From the NCBI GenBank assembly GCA_964486045.1, contig CAZALK010000013.1, positions 46,841 through 110,840 of the forward strand: a DNA stretch of 64,000 nt, read 5' to 3'. This stretch comes from an uncultured archaeon. GTDB lineage: Archaea > Asgardarchaeota > Lokiarchaeia > Sigyniarchaeales > SOKP01. How positions within the stretch are numbered: the stretch's first letter is position 1; every line of letters starts with the position of its first letter. Under the pieces are notes generated by a model that did no database searches, had not been told where the DNA came from, and saw nothing but the letters and a program-made list of their open reading frames with translations. Both the position numbers and the translations under genes were made by a program. This document shows positions 51,410 through 62,463 of this stretch, in pieces.

Positions 51410-52294
51410 ATGAGCGAAAAACAACAAGAAGGAAATGAAAAACTGACAAGTCAAGAAGGTGATGACTACGAAGACGATTTAAAGATTTATTTAGAAGAAA
51501 TGAAAGCTCTTGAGGCTGATTTTTCGGATTTAGAGGATTTAGATATGGAAGAACTTCAAGAAATCCAAGAGGCCATCGCGAAAGTTAAAGACGGTGAAAT
51601 ATTATCCGAAATTGAATTAGACAGTGACCGATTATCTGAAGAAGGACTTAATCTTGAATTAAGTGAAGAGAAAGAGATTAGGAAGGCAATGATTACGGAT
51701 TTTTCAGATATGGACAAAATTGATTTTGACGAATTAAAAGATATGCAAGATGCGATCTCAACTGTTAAACAAGAAGAAATGCAAGGGGTTCCCGATATAG
51801 ATAGTACGAGTAAACCGTATCAAGAAGTTTCAAAAGAATTAGAGGATAAAATTAAACAAGAGCTCTTAAAACGAAAGGAGGATAAAGAGGAGGGTATTAC
51901 ACCAGAGAAATTTCTGGATTATATAAAGAACAAGAGAGAAAAAATTTGGTATCACGCTCTCTATTATATAGCATTCAAAGTTGAAGACCATATTGCATCA
52001 AAAGCCTTATTATATGATGTTTTAAAAGAACTAACAAGCAAATCTCCAATAGATCCAATTCCAGAACACCAATTTTATTTTGGATTGGGATATATTTTGA
52101 GATTAAAATTGAATCAAAAAAAAGTTGTACGATTTTTAAAGGATGGAAAGTTCAAAATTAATGTCAATATTGATAATTTAAAAGAACTTTTAGAGGTAGC
52201 TGGTGAGCCTTTTAGTGTACGTCCAATCATAAAAGAGGCGGAACGGAGAAAAATGTTTAAAGATTTTCTTAATGAAGATTTTATGGATATTTAA
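51410..52294 (+). CDS. Hypothetical protein (acidic N-terminus, conserved-looking C-terminal domain)
   Basis: 294-aa ORF with normal codon usage; no recognised motif. Confidence 0.7.
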   Translation: MSEKQQEGNEKLTSQEGDDYEDDLKIYLEEMKALEADFSDLEDLDMEELQEIQEAIAKVKDGEILSEIELDSDRLSEEGLNLELSEEKEIRKAMITDFSDMDKIDFDELKDMQDAISTVKQEEMQGVPDIDSTSKPYQEVSKELEDKIKQELLKRKEDKEEGITPEKFLDYIKNKREKIWYHALYYIAFKVEDHIASKALLYDVLKELTSKSPIDPIPEHQFYFGLGYILRLKLNQKKVVRFLKDGKFKINVNIDNLKELLEVAGEPFSVRPIIKEAERRKMFKDFLNEDFMDI

Positions 52295-52325
52295 ATTAAA
52301 ATAATCCTTAATAATATAAGACTAA

Positions 52326-52952
52326 ATGAGCGAAAAACCCTCTCTATTAATTATCGGGAATTCTAATGTGGGGAAGAGTTCAGTTACAAGATTATTATTG
52401 CCAAACCCTAGGCAGTTTAAAGGTAAAATTGGTAAATCTCCAGGTAGTACTTTATTGGTAAAACCAATAGTTCAAAAGAATTTACATTATAATATAATAG
52501 ATCTTCCAGGTTTCGGGTATACAAGTCATTCTAGTCGGCGAAGGGGAGAACACTTAAAAAAACAAATTGTACGACATATTGAAAAACACTATAAAGATTA
52601 TTTTTTTGGCTTAGTTGTAATTAATATTTTAAGAATTGAAGATGAGCTTGAAAAGTATTTTGTAATCGATAAAAAAACTATCCCATTAAGTTTTGAATTA
52701 ATTCAATTTTTAAATGAGTTTAAAATCCCTCTCTTGGTGATCATAAACAAGATTGATAAATTCTCAATATATGATAAACAAAGGATTATTGAATTATTTA
52801 TAAAATCTGCCAAGGAATGTGGTCTTAACTTAGTAGATCTAAATAATTTTAGTTATAAGAATAAATTCGAAATTCCTTATTTAGAATTTTCAGCATTAAA
52901 AAAGAAGAATCTAAAGGAGTTAAAACAAATAATTCAATATTATCTAAAATAA
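52326..52952 (+). CDS. EngB/YihA-like GTP-binding protein
   Basis: GNSNVGKSS, PGST, DLPGFGY, NKID, FSA. Confidence 0.85.
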   Translation: MSEKPSLLIIGNSNVGKSSVTRLLLPNPRQFKGKIGKSPGSTLLVKPIVQKNLHYNIIDLPGFGYTSHSSRRRGEHLKKQIVRHIEKHYKDYFFGLVVINILRIEDELEKYFVIDKKTIPLSFELIQFLNEFKIPLLVIINKIDKFSIYDKQRIIELFIKSAKECGLNLVDLNNFSYKNKFEIPYLEFSALKKKNLKELKQIIQYYLK

Positions 52953-52960
52953 GACATTAA

Positions 52961-53569
52961 TTACTTAATTCCTAAATGATTTGATATATATTTTTTTAAT
53001 TCATCATATTTTGTACTTACTAAAAATTGTGGGAATTCTTCTTTTACATTATCAGGTGGTCTAAATAAGATTCCGTAATCGGCTTCACTAAGCATTCCAA
53101 TATCATTATATGAATCCCCAATAGCGATTACGTTGTAATTTAGATTTTTAAAATTGTTTACAGTTTTCTTTTTCATGTCTTTTAATCGTAAGTTATAATT
53201 AATAATAAAACCATCATTGTCAATTTCAAGATCATGGCAAAATATCATTGGAAAATTTAGCTTTTGAGCTAACGGTTTAATTAACTCAACAAAACTATCA
53301 GTGACGATTACTACTTGCGTATTAGATCGAAGCCAATCTAAAAATTCTGCAGCCCCTGATAGTATATCCATTGTCCCAATTGTTTTTTGAATATCAAACA
53401 ATGAAATTTTATTTTCTCTTAGAATTTTTAACCTTTGTTTCATGAGTACATCATAATCAGGAATATCTCTTGTTGTTAAGCTAAGTTTTTCAATCTTTGT
53501 ATCAATAGCTACAATCTGCCAAATTTCTGGAGTAAATATCCCTTCTAAATCCAAACAGACCACAAACAT
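52961..53569 (-). CDS. thrH: Phosphoserine phosphatase/homoserine phosphotransferase
   Basis: CLDLEG...PEIW, TTRDIPDYDVLM, GDSYND..ML. Confidence 0.93.
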   Translation of the reverse strand: MFVVCLDLEGIFTPEIWQIVAIDTKIEKLSLTTRDIPDYDVLMKQRLKILRENKISLFDIQKTIGTMDILSGAAEFLDWLRSNTQVVIVTDSFVELIKPLAQKLNFPMIFCHDLEIDNDGFIINYNLRLKDMKKKTVNNFKNLNYNVIAIGDSYNDIGMLSEADYGILFRPPDNVKEEFPQFLVSTKYDELKKYISNHLGIK

Positions 53570-53661
53570 TACACTTGGAAAAATAATGGGATCAATTTGA
53601 ATTTTGTGATTTTATGAGAGTGTATGATATTAAAATGAGTAATATTTTCCGTTTTTATTAC

Positions 53662-54954
53662 TTACAAATTAGTTAGTTTAGGATCTTTATCCTTATCCCA
53701 ATTTACCGCAAATAAAAAATCTCTACTTGCTTGATTTTTATAAATCAATGGAAAACCACTCATTTCTTGAAATTCAAGGGCGAGATCCTCTAGAAATTTG
53801 TAATCAGGAAAATAGTGTTGTAGCGGATTATCGCTTTTCAATCGTTCTTTTATTAACATGGCTTTAGCTTGTAAAGTAAAACCCTTTATCTCAAAAAAAT
53901 TAGGATTTGCTTTCTTAATTAAATTTAGATAATCATTTAGGTATTGCTCATGGATATTTATGTTTTTAATCGCTGTGAGTCTTATTAAAGTTCTACAAGA
54001 TAATGTATTAATTAGTTCTAAACTTTTATTAATTTTATTCCATCCATGCTTAATCATAGGTCGGCAAGCTTTCTTGTATATTTGTTCATTTGGAGCTGGT
54101 AAAGTAATATATAATTGACTTGGTAAAGGATTTAACTCCATAATTCTATCTGGTAGAGTCCCGTTTGTAACAATAAATGTTGACATCGACCGTTTTTTGA
54201 ACTCCTGGACAAGTTCAGACATTCTGGGGTATAGTAGTGGTTCTCCATCAAGGGAAATCGCCGCATGATTAGGAACCATAGCTTCACTGTGAGTTTGCAT
54301 AATTTCATCTGGAGTTGTTAATGCTCGATTTATTAAAACTTCTATTTCCTCCCTGGAATTAATGCAACATTGAACGTCATCATCCAATTCAAAGTCTTTA
54401 AACATATGATTTCTCAGTTTAATAAAATTTTGATTTTTTAGGAGATTAAGTGCCCTTTCAACTTTATTTTTTGAAACATGAACTCCTTTCATTATTGAAT
54501 TTATACTTTGAGGTTTATCCTTATTTAACAACATGTAGTAAAGGATGTCTATCATTATTTCATAGTTATCAAGATATCTTCTTAAGGGTAAATGATTTTT
54601 AACGATATCCTTATGGTGTCGCAGCATTTCACGCACTAAATCTTTAGGCTCATCTGGTTTCACATTAAACTCACTCCCAAGTGAACCAACTTCAATATCA
54701 CGCCAACAGAAAACGCATTGATGATTACAGAACGGTAATGAAGGAGTATTTTGTAAACACCTATGACTTTTTATTCCAAATACTCCTTTGTAACAATTAC
54801 GGTTATCCCTTCCTGTCAATAATCTCTGTTCTAACCAATGACATGGTTTGATTGAAGTGTGTTTATTTTCTCCAAAAATTCTATATGTAGTTTTTGTATA
54901 AGTTTCGACAAATTTAGCAGTGATTTTGTTATCGATTATAAACTCACTTTTCAT
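53662..54954 (-). CDS. taw1: 4-demethylwyosine synthase (radical SAM, Taw1/TYW1)
   Basis: K.CHW, CYK..FGI.SHRCLQ.TP, CNHQCVFCWR, HAAISLDGEP, VTNGT. Confidence 0.92.
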   Translation of the reverse strand: MKSEFIIDNKITAKFVETYTKTTYRIFGENKHTSIKPCHWLEQRLLTGRDNRNCYKGVFGIKSHRCLQNTPSLPFCNHQCVFCWRDIEVGSLGSEFNVKPDEPKDLVREMLRHHKDIVKNHLPLRRYLDNYEIMIDILYYMLLNKDKPQSINSIMKGVHVSKNKVERALNLLKNQNFIKLRNHMFKDFELDDDVQCCINSREEIEVLINRALTTPDEIMQTHSEAMVPNHAAISLDGEPLLYPRMSELVQEFKKRSMSTFIVTNGTLPDRIMELNPLPSQLYITLPAPNEQIYKKACRPMIKHGWNKINKSLELINTLSCRTLIRLTAIKNINIHEQYLNDYLNLIKKANPNFFEIKGFTLQAKAMLIKERLKSDNPLQHYFPDYKFLEDLALEFQEMSGFPLIYKNQASRDFLFAVNWDKDKDPKLTNL

Positions 54955-55097
54955 GAAAAGACCACGTTGAACTCTAAATTCTCAATGATTTATATAAATA
55001 AATGTATTTTATTAAGATATTAAATAATATTCTTAAAAATTATAAGTACAATCATAATTAGTAGAGAATTTTTAAAATATAATTAAAACGGTTTAAG

Positions 55098-55808
55098 ATG
55101 ATAAATAAAATCAAGAGCGAATTGTTAAATTTAGGTTTAAAATTTATTTCGGTTGATGAGAAAATAGTTAGAATGATTTTAGAAACGAGTCCTTCAAATA
55201 TAAACGAAATTGTAATACTTCCTGCAATAAAAACTGTAATGCAAAAAATACTCAAAAAATTGGAAAATAAAAGAATATACGGAAGAGTGTATAATGGAGT
55301 ATTAAATAATGTAAAGGTTAGTGTTATTCGCTCGTTAATTGGAGCCCCAAATTGTGCGATCGCGGTAGAATGTTTGAAAAGGTGTAAAGCAAGAATTGTT
55401 GTTCGTTTAGATATTTGCGGAGGAATAGAAAATGAAAATTTGAAAATAAATGTTGGAGACGTTTTAATTCCACAATTAGCTTGTTGTGATGATGGAACCA
55501 GCCCGCAATATATAAGAGAACATCCATCATTGGCAAATGATTTAGATTCTATATCAAATCCACTCTCAAAATTCCAGAATCTTTTAACTGGAAATCAAAC
55601 AATATTTATTTCAAAACCGAATATAACTTTAAAGGATCTCCTAATTGAGGAAGGAAATTCACTTTTTTCCGATAAAATAAAAGAAGTACAATTATGGAGC
55701 ACTGATGGATTGTTTTGCGAATCATTAGACTTAATTAGAGCATTACAATCTATCAATATACAAGCTATCGATATGGAATCCTCAATATTATTCTTAAAAC
55801 TTGAGTAA
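55098..55808 (+). pseudogene. Nucleoside phosphorylase (PNP/UDP family), C-terminally truncated
   Basis: IGAPNCAIAVE, DGTS, STDGLF, IDMES; ends 8 residues after MES, lacking the usual final strand/helix. Confidence 0.7.
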
Positions 55809-57090
55809 AACTGCTTCATTCTTGTCTGAATAAAATATTGAATTTTTCTCACCGTAATTCCTGAGTCTTCGCTGATTTTTTTAATATCATCAAATTCTGG
55901 TTTAACATTTACTATTTCCCTACCATTTAGCGATTCTATATACGAGATCTTAAAATTTACTTCATAGTTCTTTCCATTAATTTCAATTGTTTGCTTTTCA
56001 ATAGTGCGATCAATGCAAACACGGTCCATTGTTTTATATCTTACTCCCAAAGTCCCTAATTCACGGATTATTTTCTCTATTATTTTAAATGTATATTTCG
56101 GATAACATAAGACTTTTACTATCTGGCTTGGTCGATTTTTTTTTGTTAAACTTGGAATAATTTGAATATCTAAGATTTCTTCACTTTTTAATTCATTGAC
56201 AAAATTCCCTAATAGTTCTCCTGATACATCATCAACATCAGTTTCTAATACTGATACTTGTTCAGTATATTTTTGCAATGGATAGATAGAATTAGGGAGA
56301 TTTTGGACATTATATTCTCCATAAAATAATCGCAAAATATTCAAAAAATCTTTAAATTCCTTTTGCCCTCTACTATAAATTGACTTTTTAATTATCATGT
56401 CAGGCATATATTCTAAAAAATTAGGAGTTAAATTTGTGAGTAACGCTACTCCTGTTGGGGTTACTAATTCAGATTCAATTGGACCTCCATGAGTTATTAA
56501 TCTTGACCTTTCTAAAATCTTTAAGGTGCGGGAGCAGGTATAGCTAACTCACCGTGAGCTGTTTTTATTTTCCCTCCTCCTAAAGGAAGTCTACTACAAT
56601 AAATTTTAAAGTTCTTATTGAAACCATTTATTTTATCTAAAGCACTAGTAACTCCTAAGATATCAATTAACGTATCAATTGAGCTAAATTCATGTAAGTG
56701 AATATCTTTTGCTAATTTACCATGTACTTCTTCTTCTGCGCGAATTAGTGAATTTAATACTTGAAAAGCGTAATTTTTAGCGGAATCAGAGAATACACAG
56801 TCGTTTAAATACGATTCTAAAGCTTTAAGTAGTGTTTCTGGAGACCTATGATCCCTTGATTCTTTAATTTCTAATTTTAATTGATTGAGTTGAATTCCTG
56901 ATCGGGGTATTGATTTAAAATCAATATTTAATTTTGAAACACCAGGTAAATAATTTTTTATTTCTATTAAGTTATTTATAAGGTTATCAGGTTCTGAGAC
57001 TAAACCTAAAAGAGAAGCGAAAAACATATCTCCCGAGATTCCAGAGTTATTCAAATCAATGTATAATATTCTCATATTAACTATTATCAA
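55595..57090 (-). pseudogene. larC: Nickel-pincer cofactor protein LarC, split by a -1 frameshift at ~56527 and lacking its native stop
   Basis: SGISGDMF, HGK...IHLHE, TAHG.LAIPAPA | TLKIL...ELVTPTGVALL, LETDVDDVSGE, KKNRP, GTLGVR, KPEFDD. Confidence 0.85.
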
Positions 57091-57382
57091 ATTGTAGTAT
57101 GATACACTAACAATATTAATTTTTTTAATTATAGCTAATTTAATTTAGCTATTAAGAAGGGATTTTAATAAATTTTATTAGTTTTTTAAGGAAATAAAAA
57201 TATTTAATATTAATGCCAATTAATATTATTAATGGAAATATTGATATTAGTTGAAAAGCTGAAATATTAATACATTAAACATTAAAAAAGATTCATTTCT
57301 TCGTCATTTCAAGCTCATAAAAGAACTTGTCTATTATGATAATTATTTTTTGTAAAAAATTTTTTAAAAATCGAAATTATAA

Positions 57383-58375
57383 ATGAATAATATGAGTAAA
57401 ATAATAAAATGGGGAATTTTAGGTAGTGGAAGAATAGCACATACGTTTGCTGAGGGGTTAAAGGTACTTCCTGATGCGAAATTGGAAGCTGTTGCTTCTA
57501 AAACAGAGGGAAAAGCTGAAAGTCTTGGTAAAATGTTTGATGTGAAAAATATATATAATAATTATGAAGAATTAGTGAAAAATCCTTCTGTAAATGTTAT
57601 TTATATTGCGACCACTCATAATTTCCATTATGAAAATGTGTTACTCTGTTTAAATCACGGAAAACCAGTTCTCTGTGAAAAACCTTTTACATTGAATGCC
57701 ATACAAGCTGAAGGGTTAATTAACACTGCCCGTAACAATAATTTATTTTTAATGGAAGCAATGTGGACAAGATTTTTCCCTTGTATTGTAAAATTAAATG
57801 AATTGTTAGACCAGGGAATATTAGGAGAAATTCAACATGTTAAGGCTGACTTTGGAATTAAACAGGAATTAGATCCTAAAGGACGTTCATTTAATCTTGA
57901 TCTAGGAGGGGGTGCATTACTTGATCTAGGAGTTTATCCTATTTCATTTGCAAGAATGATTTATAAACAATCTCCTTTAAAAATAAAAAGTAGTGCATAC
58001 ATTGGAGAAACTGGAGTGGATGAAAAATCTAATTATTTATTTGAGTATGAAAATGGACAAACTGCTATGCTTTCTTCCTCAAATAGATTGATAATGCCGC
58101 ACAATGCTTCTATCTTTGGAACCAAAGGATTTCTGGAAATTCCTAATTTTTATCACCCATCAAAAATGATTTTAAAATTGGAGGGGAAAGAAAAGCAAAC
58201 AATTGAAATACCATTTAAATCAACAGGTTATAATTATGAAGCAAGGGAAGTAATGAGTTGTCTAAATGCTGGAAAAATTGAAAGTGAAATCATGCCATTA
58301 GATGAGACTTTAGAAATAATGAAAACTATGGATATTTTACGCTCTCAATGGAATTTTAAATATCCTGGAGAATAA
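57383..58375 (+). CDS. Gfo/Idh/MocA family oxidoreductase
   Basis: GILGSGRIA, LCEKP, MEAMWTRF, GGGALLDLGVY. Confidence 0.93.
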   Translation: MNNMSKIIKWGILGSGRIAHTFAEGLKVLPDAKLEAVASKTEGKAESLGKMFDVKNIYNNYEELVKNPSVNVIYIATTHNFHYENVLLCLNHGKPVLCEKPFTLNAIQAEGLINTARNNNLFLMEAMWTRFFPCIVKLNELLDQGILGEIQHVKADFGIKQELDPKGRSFNLDLGGGALLDLGVYPISFARMIYKQSPLKIKSSAYIGETGVDEKSNYLFEYENGQTAMLSSSNRLIMPHNASIFGTKGFLEIPNFYHPSKMILKLEGKEKQTIEIPFKSTGYNYEAREVMSCLNAGKIESEIMPLDETLEIMKTMDILRSQWNFKYPGE

Positions 58376-58732
58376 AAATTTATTACATTGGAATTTTAAA
58401 AATAAATAGTAAATAAAAAAAGAAAGAAGATGTAGAAACCATAAATATTGAGCCTGGTCATTAACATCTATGAATAATTTTATCATTTTAAAATTAGAAG
58501 GGTACGAAAAAAACTAATTCACCTGGATTTATTATAGGAATTTTCTCCATGGTTTGCCAAAGAGTAAAAAACTTGATATTGCTAAATTACTGCGTAAATC
58601 AATTCGCTTCATAGAATTTAAACCCGCTATTGGTTGTCCTACAGTTTTTCCCATTTTATTAGATTTCTTGGTTTGAAAGAAATCATTTTTATAAAATATG
58701 TTTGAGATATTTATTTGATTTCCAATTCTGTT

Positions 58733-59704
58733 TTATGAATATTTTTTAATTATTTCTTCAATAATCATGTTATTACTTTCATCAACTATTTGCCATGAAG
58801 GATTATTTCTATAGAATTCGATAATCTCTTTTACTCCATTTTGAAATGATTCAGTACACTCGAATTCGGGAACAAATTTTTTAATTTTGGAGTTATCAAA
58901 AATCACCGAATATGACTTATCACCTAAAAGACCTGCACCAACCTCAGAGTCAATTTTCGCTATTTTTTCAGAAGTTACGTGAACAGCTCTGAGTGGAACC
59001 CCTAATTCATCCGCAAAAGTTTGGTATATTTTATTCCATGTTAACAATTCATCAGAAGTAATATGGAATCTTTCACCAATAGATTTTTTATTTCCTAAAA
59101 TTCCTAGAAAGCCTTTAGCAAAATCTTGATGATGAGTCATCACCCAAATACTAGTACCATCTCCATGAATAATAATTTTTTTTCTTTTTTTCATTCGGTC
59201 GATGGCAGTATAGCTCCAACGCAATGGAATTGAAGTTTTATCATATGTATGAGAAGGTCGAATAATCGTAATTGGAAATTGATTTTCTTTATACATTTCT
59301 TGGAAAAATTTTTCACATGCGATTTTATCCCTTGAATATTGCCAAAAAGGGTTTTTTATTGGAGTTTCTTCTGTAATCGGCAAATTTGGAATTGGTTTTT
59401 GATATATAGATGCAGAACTAATAAAAATGAATTGATTTGTTTTATTTTTAAAGAGATAATATGAATTTTTTGCATGCTCTATATTGAAGCAAATCCAATC
59501 AACAACAACATCAAATGAATAGTCCTTCAGCTCATTTTTTGCTTCAATAATATTTCGGATGTTTCCAATTATAGTTTTTACTCCATCAATATGTCGATGA
59601 CTCTTTCCTCTATTAAAGTGATAAAGATCAATTCCTTTTTCAATAGCTAACCGTGAACAAGCTGAACTGATAAGTCCGGTACCACCAATAAAAAGAACTC
59701 TCAT
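58733..59704 (-). CDS. NAD-dependent epimerase/dehydratase (extended SDR)
   Basis: IGGTGLIS, FISSAS, YSRDK, IRPSHTY. Confidence 0.9.
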   Translation of the reverse strand: MRVLFIGGTGLISSACSRLAIEKGIDLYHFNRGKSHRHIDGVKTIIGNIRNIIEAKNELKDYSFDVVVDWICFNIEHAKNSYYLFKNKTNQFIFISSASIYQKPIPNLPITEETPIKNPFWQYSRDKIACEKFFQEMYKENQFPITIIRPSHTYDKTSIPLRWSYTAIDRMKKRKKIIIHGDGTSIWVMTHHQDFAKGFLGILGNKKSIGERFHITSDELLTWNKIYQTFADELGVPLRAVHVTSEKIAKIDSEVGAGLLGDKSYSVIFDNSKIKKFVPEFECTESFQNGVKEIIEFYRNNPSWQIVDESNNMIIEEIIKKYS

Positions 59705-59912
59705 ATTATTAATTCTCTTTCGAAATATAAAAGATTATTGTTTCAACTGTTAATCAAATTTCTATAAAAATTTATAAAATATTATAAAAATCTAAAAAAT
59801 GTAAAGTTATAAATAATTAAAAAAAGTATCAACTAGAGATTTTTTTTCAAGTCAGATTTTTGATTTCATTTGATATAAAATAAAAAAAATTATGTATGAT
59901 AATGCTATTGAA

Positions 59913-60350
59913 TTATTTCACTATAAAACCCTTGTAAAATTCATCATCCTCTGAATATTTTGCTTTAGCATCCTTTTTCTTATAGTAATACCCAATTAGT
60001 AGTCCAACTATACTCCCAATAACAAGTCCAGTTATACTTAGTATAGCTATATAAATAAAATACCAATCAATAGACAACTGATATACTATACATATATAAA
60101 TAGTAGGTGCAATAGTAGATAAGAATCCTCCAATAATACCTACCATGATACCTATTTTTAAAGGAGATTGATCAGGTTTCCTATTTTTCAAAGCAAAAAT
60201 TACACCGATAATTGATCCAAGTAAGAAATCGATATCTCTAAATAATAACAATCCCCAAAAATTAAGGAAAAGTATAGAGATAAAGGTGATTAAAATAAAA
60301 ATAAGGAGGCTATAAATTATTATCGAGACTTTTACCATCTCGACCTTCAT
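59913..60350 (-). CDS. Small four-TM membrane protein
   Basis: Hydrophobic segments with GxxxG repeats and a basic C-terminal tail. Confidence 0.7.
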   Translation of the reverse strand: MKVEMVKVSIIIYSLLIFILITFISILFLNFWGLLLFRDIDFLLGSIIGVIFALKNRKPDQSPLKIGIMVGIIGGFLSTIAPTIYICIVYQLSIDWYFIYIAILSITGLVIGSIVGLLIGYYYKKKDAKAKYSEDDEFYKGFIVK

Positions 60351-60465
60351 CTCTTCTTTTCCTATTTCATTTGAGTTAGAAATTTAAACCACTAAATTTT
60401 ATTGTTCTTTCTGCGAATTATGATGTGTTGAGATAATAAAAAAACAATAATTTATGAAAGTTATA

Positions 60466-61569
60466 TTAATAGATTTTTTTCTGTGATATCTTATCGAAAA
60501 TATGAATCCTATTAGTATCGAATGAGATCCAAACCTTTTCTCCTACATTCAGATCTCTATTAGTACTAGATACTGCAACGAGCGATTTATCTTTAACTAT
60601 CAAATGAAAAATATTTTCCCTCCCTAATGGCTCAATGACTTCAACCTCTGCCTGGATTGCATAATCTTTGCTCGCTTTTGTAATGATAATATTCTCTGGT
60701 CGAATTCCTAACATAATTTCAGGTGTTTTTGTCTTCTCCATTATTTCAATCCCATTGGAAAGTTGATATGAAGAAAATCCAAATTCGACAATAATTTTTC
60801 CATTTCTCTCTATAAGAGTACCCTCAACTATATTTATAGGAGGGTTCCCAATAAAACCAGCGACAAATAAGTTTTTTGGATTTTCATATATCTCTTTTGG
60901 CGTACCTACTTGTTCTAAAACTCCATTGTTCAAGATAGCAATTCTATCACCCATTGACATTGCCTCCATTTGATCGTGGGTAACATACACGATGGTTGTA
61001 CCAAATTCATCATGCAATTTCTTCAATTCTGCCCTAGCATAGCACCTCAATTTGGCATCGAGGTTTGAGAGGGGCTCATCCATCAAGAAGATTTTAGGAT
61101 CTCTAACCATTGCCCTCGCTAACGCCACTCTCTGCCTTTGTCCGCCACTGAGCTGTTTTGGTTTTCTGTCCAGAAGTTTAGATATTCCTAAGCGTTGGCT
61201 CACATCCCTAACTTTTGATTCAATTTTACTTTTTTCCATTCTCCTAATCTTTAATGGGAAAGCAATATTATTAAATACTGTCATATGCGGATAGATTGCG
61301 TAATCTTGAAATACCATAGCCGCATCTCTATTTTGTGGTCTTGTAAATACGTCACTTTCTGAGGAACTAAGTGTTGTTTCTCCCATTCGTATTTCTCCCT
61401 TATTTGGTTTGAGTAATCCTGCGATACACAGAAGAGTAGTAGTCTTTCCACATCCAGAGGGACCAAGTAAGATAAAAAACTCTCCATCCTTTATCTCAAG
61501 GGATACATTCATAAGAGCTACAGTTTTTCCATATTTTTTCATCAAATCTTTTATAACAACGTTTACCAT
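60466..61569 (-). CDS. Sugar ABC transporter ATP-binding protein (MalK-like)
   Basis: GPSGCGKTT, LSGGQRQR, DEPLSNLD, VTHDQ, TOBE domain. Confidence 0.95.
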   Translation of the reverse strand: MVNVVIKDLMKKYGKTVALMNVSLEIKDGEFFILLGPSGCGKTTTLLCIAGLLKPNKGEIRMGETTLSSSESDVFTRPQNRDAAMVFQDYAIYPHMTVFNNIAFPLKIRRMEKSKIESKVRDVSQRLGISKLLDRKPKQLSGGQRQRVALARAMVRDPKIFLMDEPLSNLDAKLRCYARAELKKLHDEFGTTIVYVTHDQMEAMSMGDRIAILNNGVLEQVGTPKEIYENPKNLFVAGFIGNPPINIVEGTLIERNGKIIVEFGFSSYQLSNGIEIMEKTKTPEIMLGIRPENIIITKASKDYAIQAEVEVIEPLGRENIFHLIVKDKSLVAVSSTNRDLNVGEKVWISFDTNRIHIFDKISQKKIY

Positions 61570-61581
61570 TTCACATCACTT

Positions 61582-62463
61582 TTAACCTTTAATAGCTCCT
61601 GCCATGAAGCCTTTTATTAGATATTTTCCAAGTACTAAATATACAATTAATGATGGTATTGTGTACCATAAAGTTCCTGCCATTTGAACATTCCACGCAG
61701 TAACAAAACCTCCTTGTAAATTTAACAACGCTACCGAAGCTGGCTGTGAAACACCTGCCCCTGTTAAAACTAAACCAAAGAGTAAATCATTCCAAACTTG
61801 AGTAAATTGAAAAATTGCCGCGACCACGAATGGTGTAACGGAAAGTGGTAATATCACATGAAGATATGTTTTCCCTATTCCCGCTCCATCGATTTTTGCT
61901 GCATTTATAAGGCTATCGGGGATACTATCATAGAAACTCTTGAAAAGGAGGGTACATATGGGGACTCCGTATGCAGTATGTGTTAGGATGAGACCAGATA
62001 TCTCGCCATATAAACCAAGCTCAACTATAATCTGAACTAGGGGAATAAGTACTGCTTGATAGGGAATGAATATGCCAATGATAATTAAGAGAAATATAGT
62101 ATTGGCTCCCCTGAACTTGACTTTGGTCAATGCATAACCCGTCATGGAACCTAAAATACAGGATAGAAGCGTGGCAGGTATTGTAAACATAAGACTATTT
62201 AAGATAGGTCCTCTCAATTCATTAAAGGCCGTTCCAAACGCGTCTAAGGTCGGTTTTACAGGTAGTTCTACTGGATTTGAATAAATTAAAGCCTCCTGTG
62301 TTTTTAAAGCAGTCATTATGGCACTCCAAAGAGGAAGGAGAGTCATAAATACAAAAAATATAAGCAAAAAATAAAGGAATACTCGTTTAGGATTTGGTAA
62401 TCTCTTTTTTTTTGAACCAATTTTATTGGGCTTACTTAGATACTTTATCTCTTTCGTTTTCAT
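61582..62463 (-). CDS. Carbohydrate ABC transporter permease (MalG-like)
   Basis: IPDSLINAAKIDGAG EAA loop; WNDLL. Confidence 0.92.
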   Translation of the reverse strand: MKTKEIKYLSKPNKIGSKKKRLPNPKRVFLYFLLIFFVFMTLLPLWSAIMTALKTQEALIYSNPVELPVKPTLDAFGTAFNELRGPILNSLMFTIPATLLSCILGSMTGYALTKVKFRGANTIFLLIIIGIFIPYQAVLIPLVQIIVELGLYGEISGLILTHTAYGVPICTLLFKSFYDSIPDSLINAAKIDGAGIGKTYLHVILPLSVTPFVVAAIFQFTQVWNDLLFGLVLTGAGVSQPASVALLNLQGGFVTAWNVQMAGTLWYTIPSLIVYLVLGKYLIKGFMAGAIKG

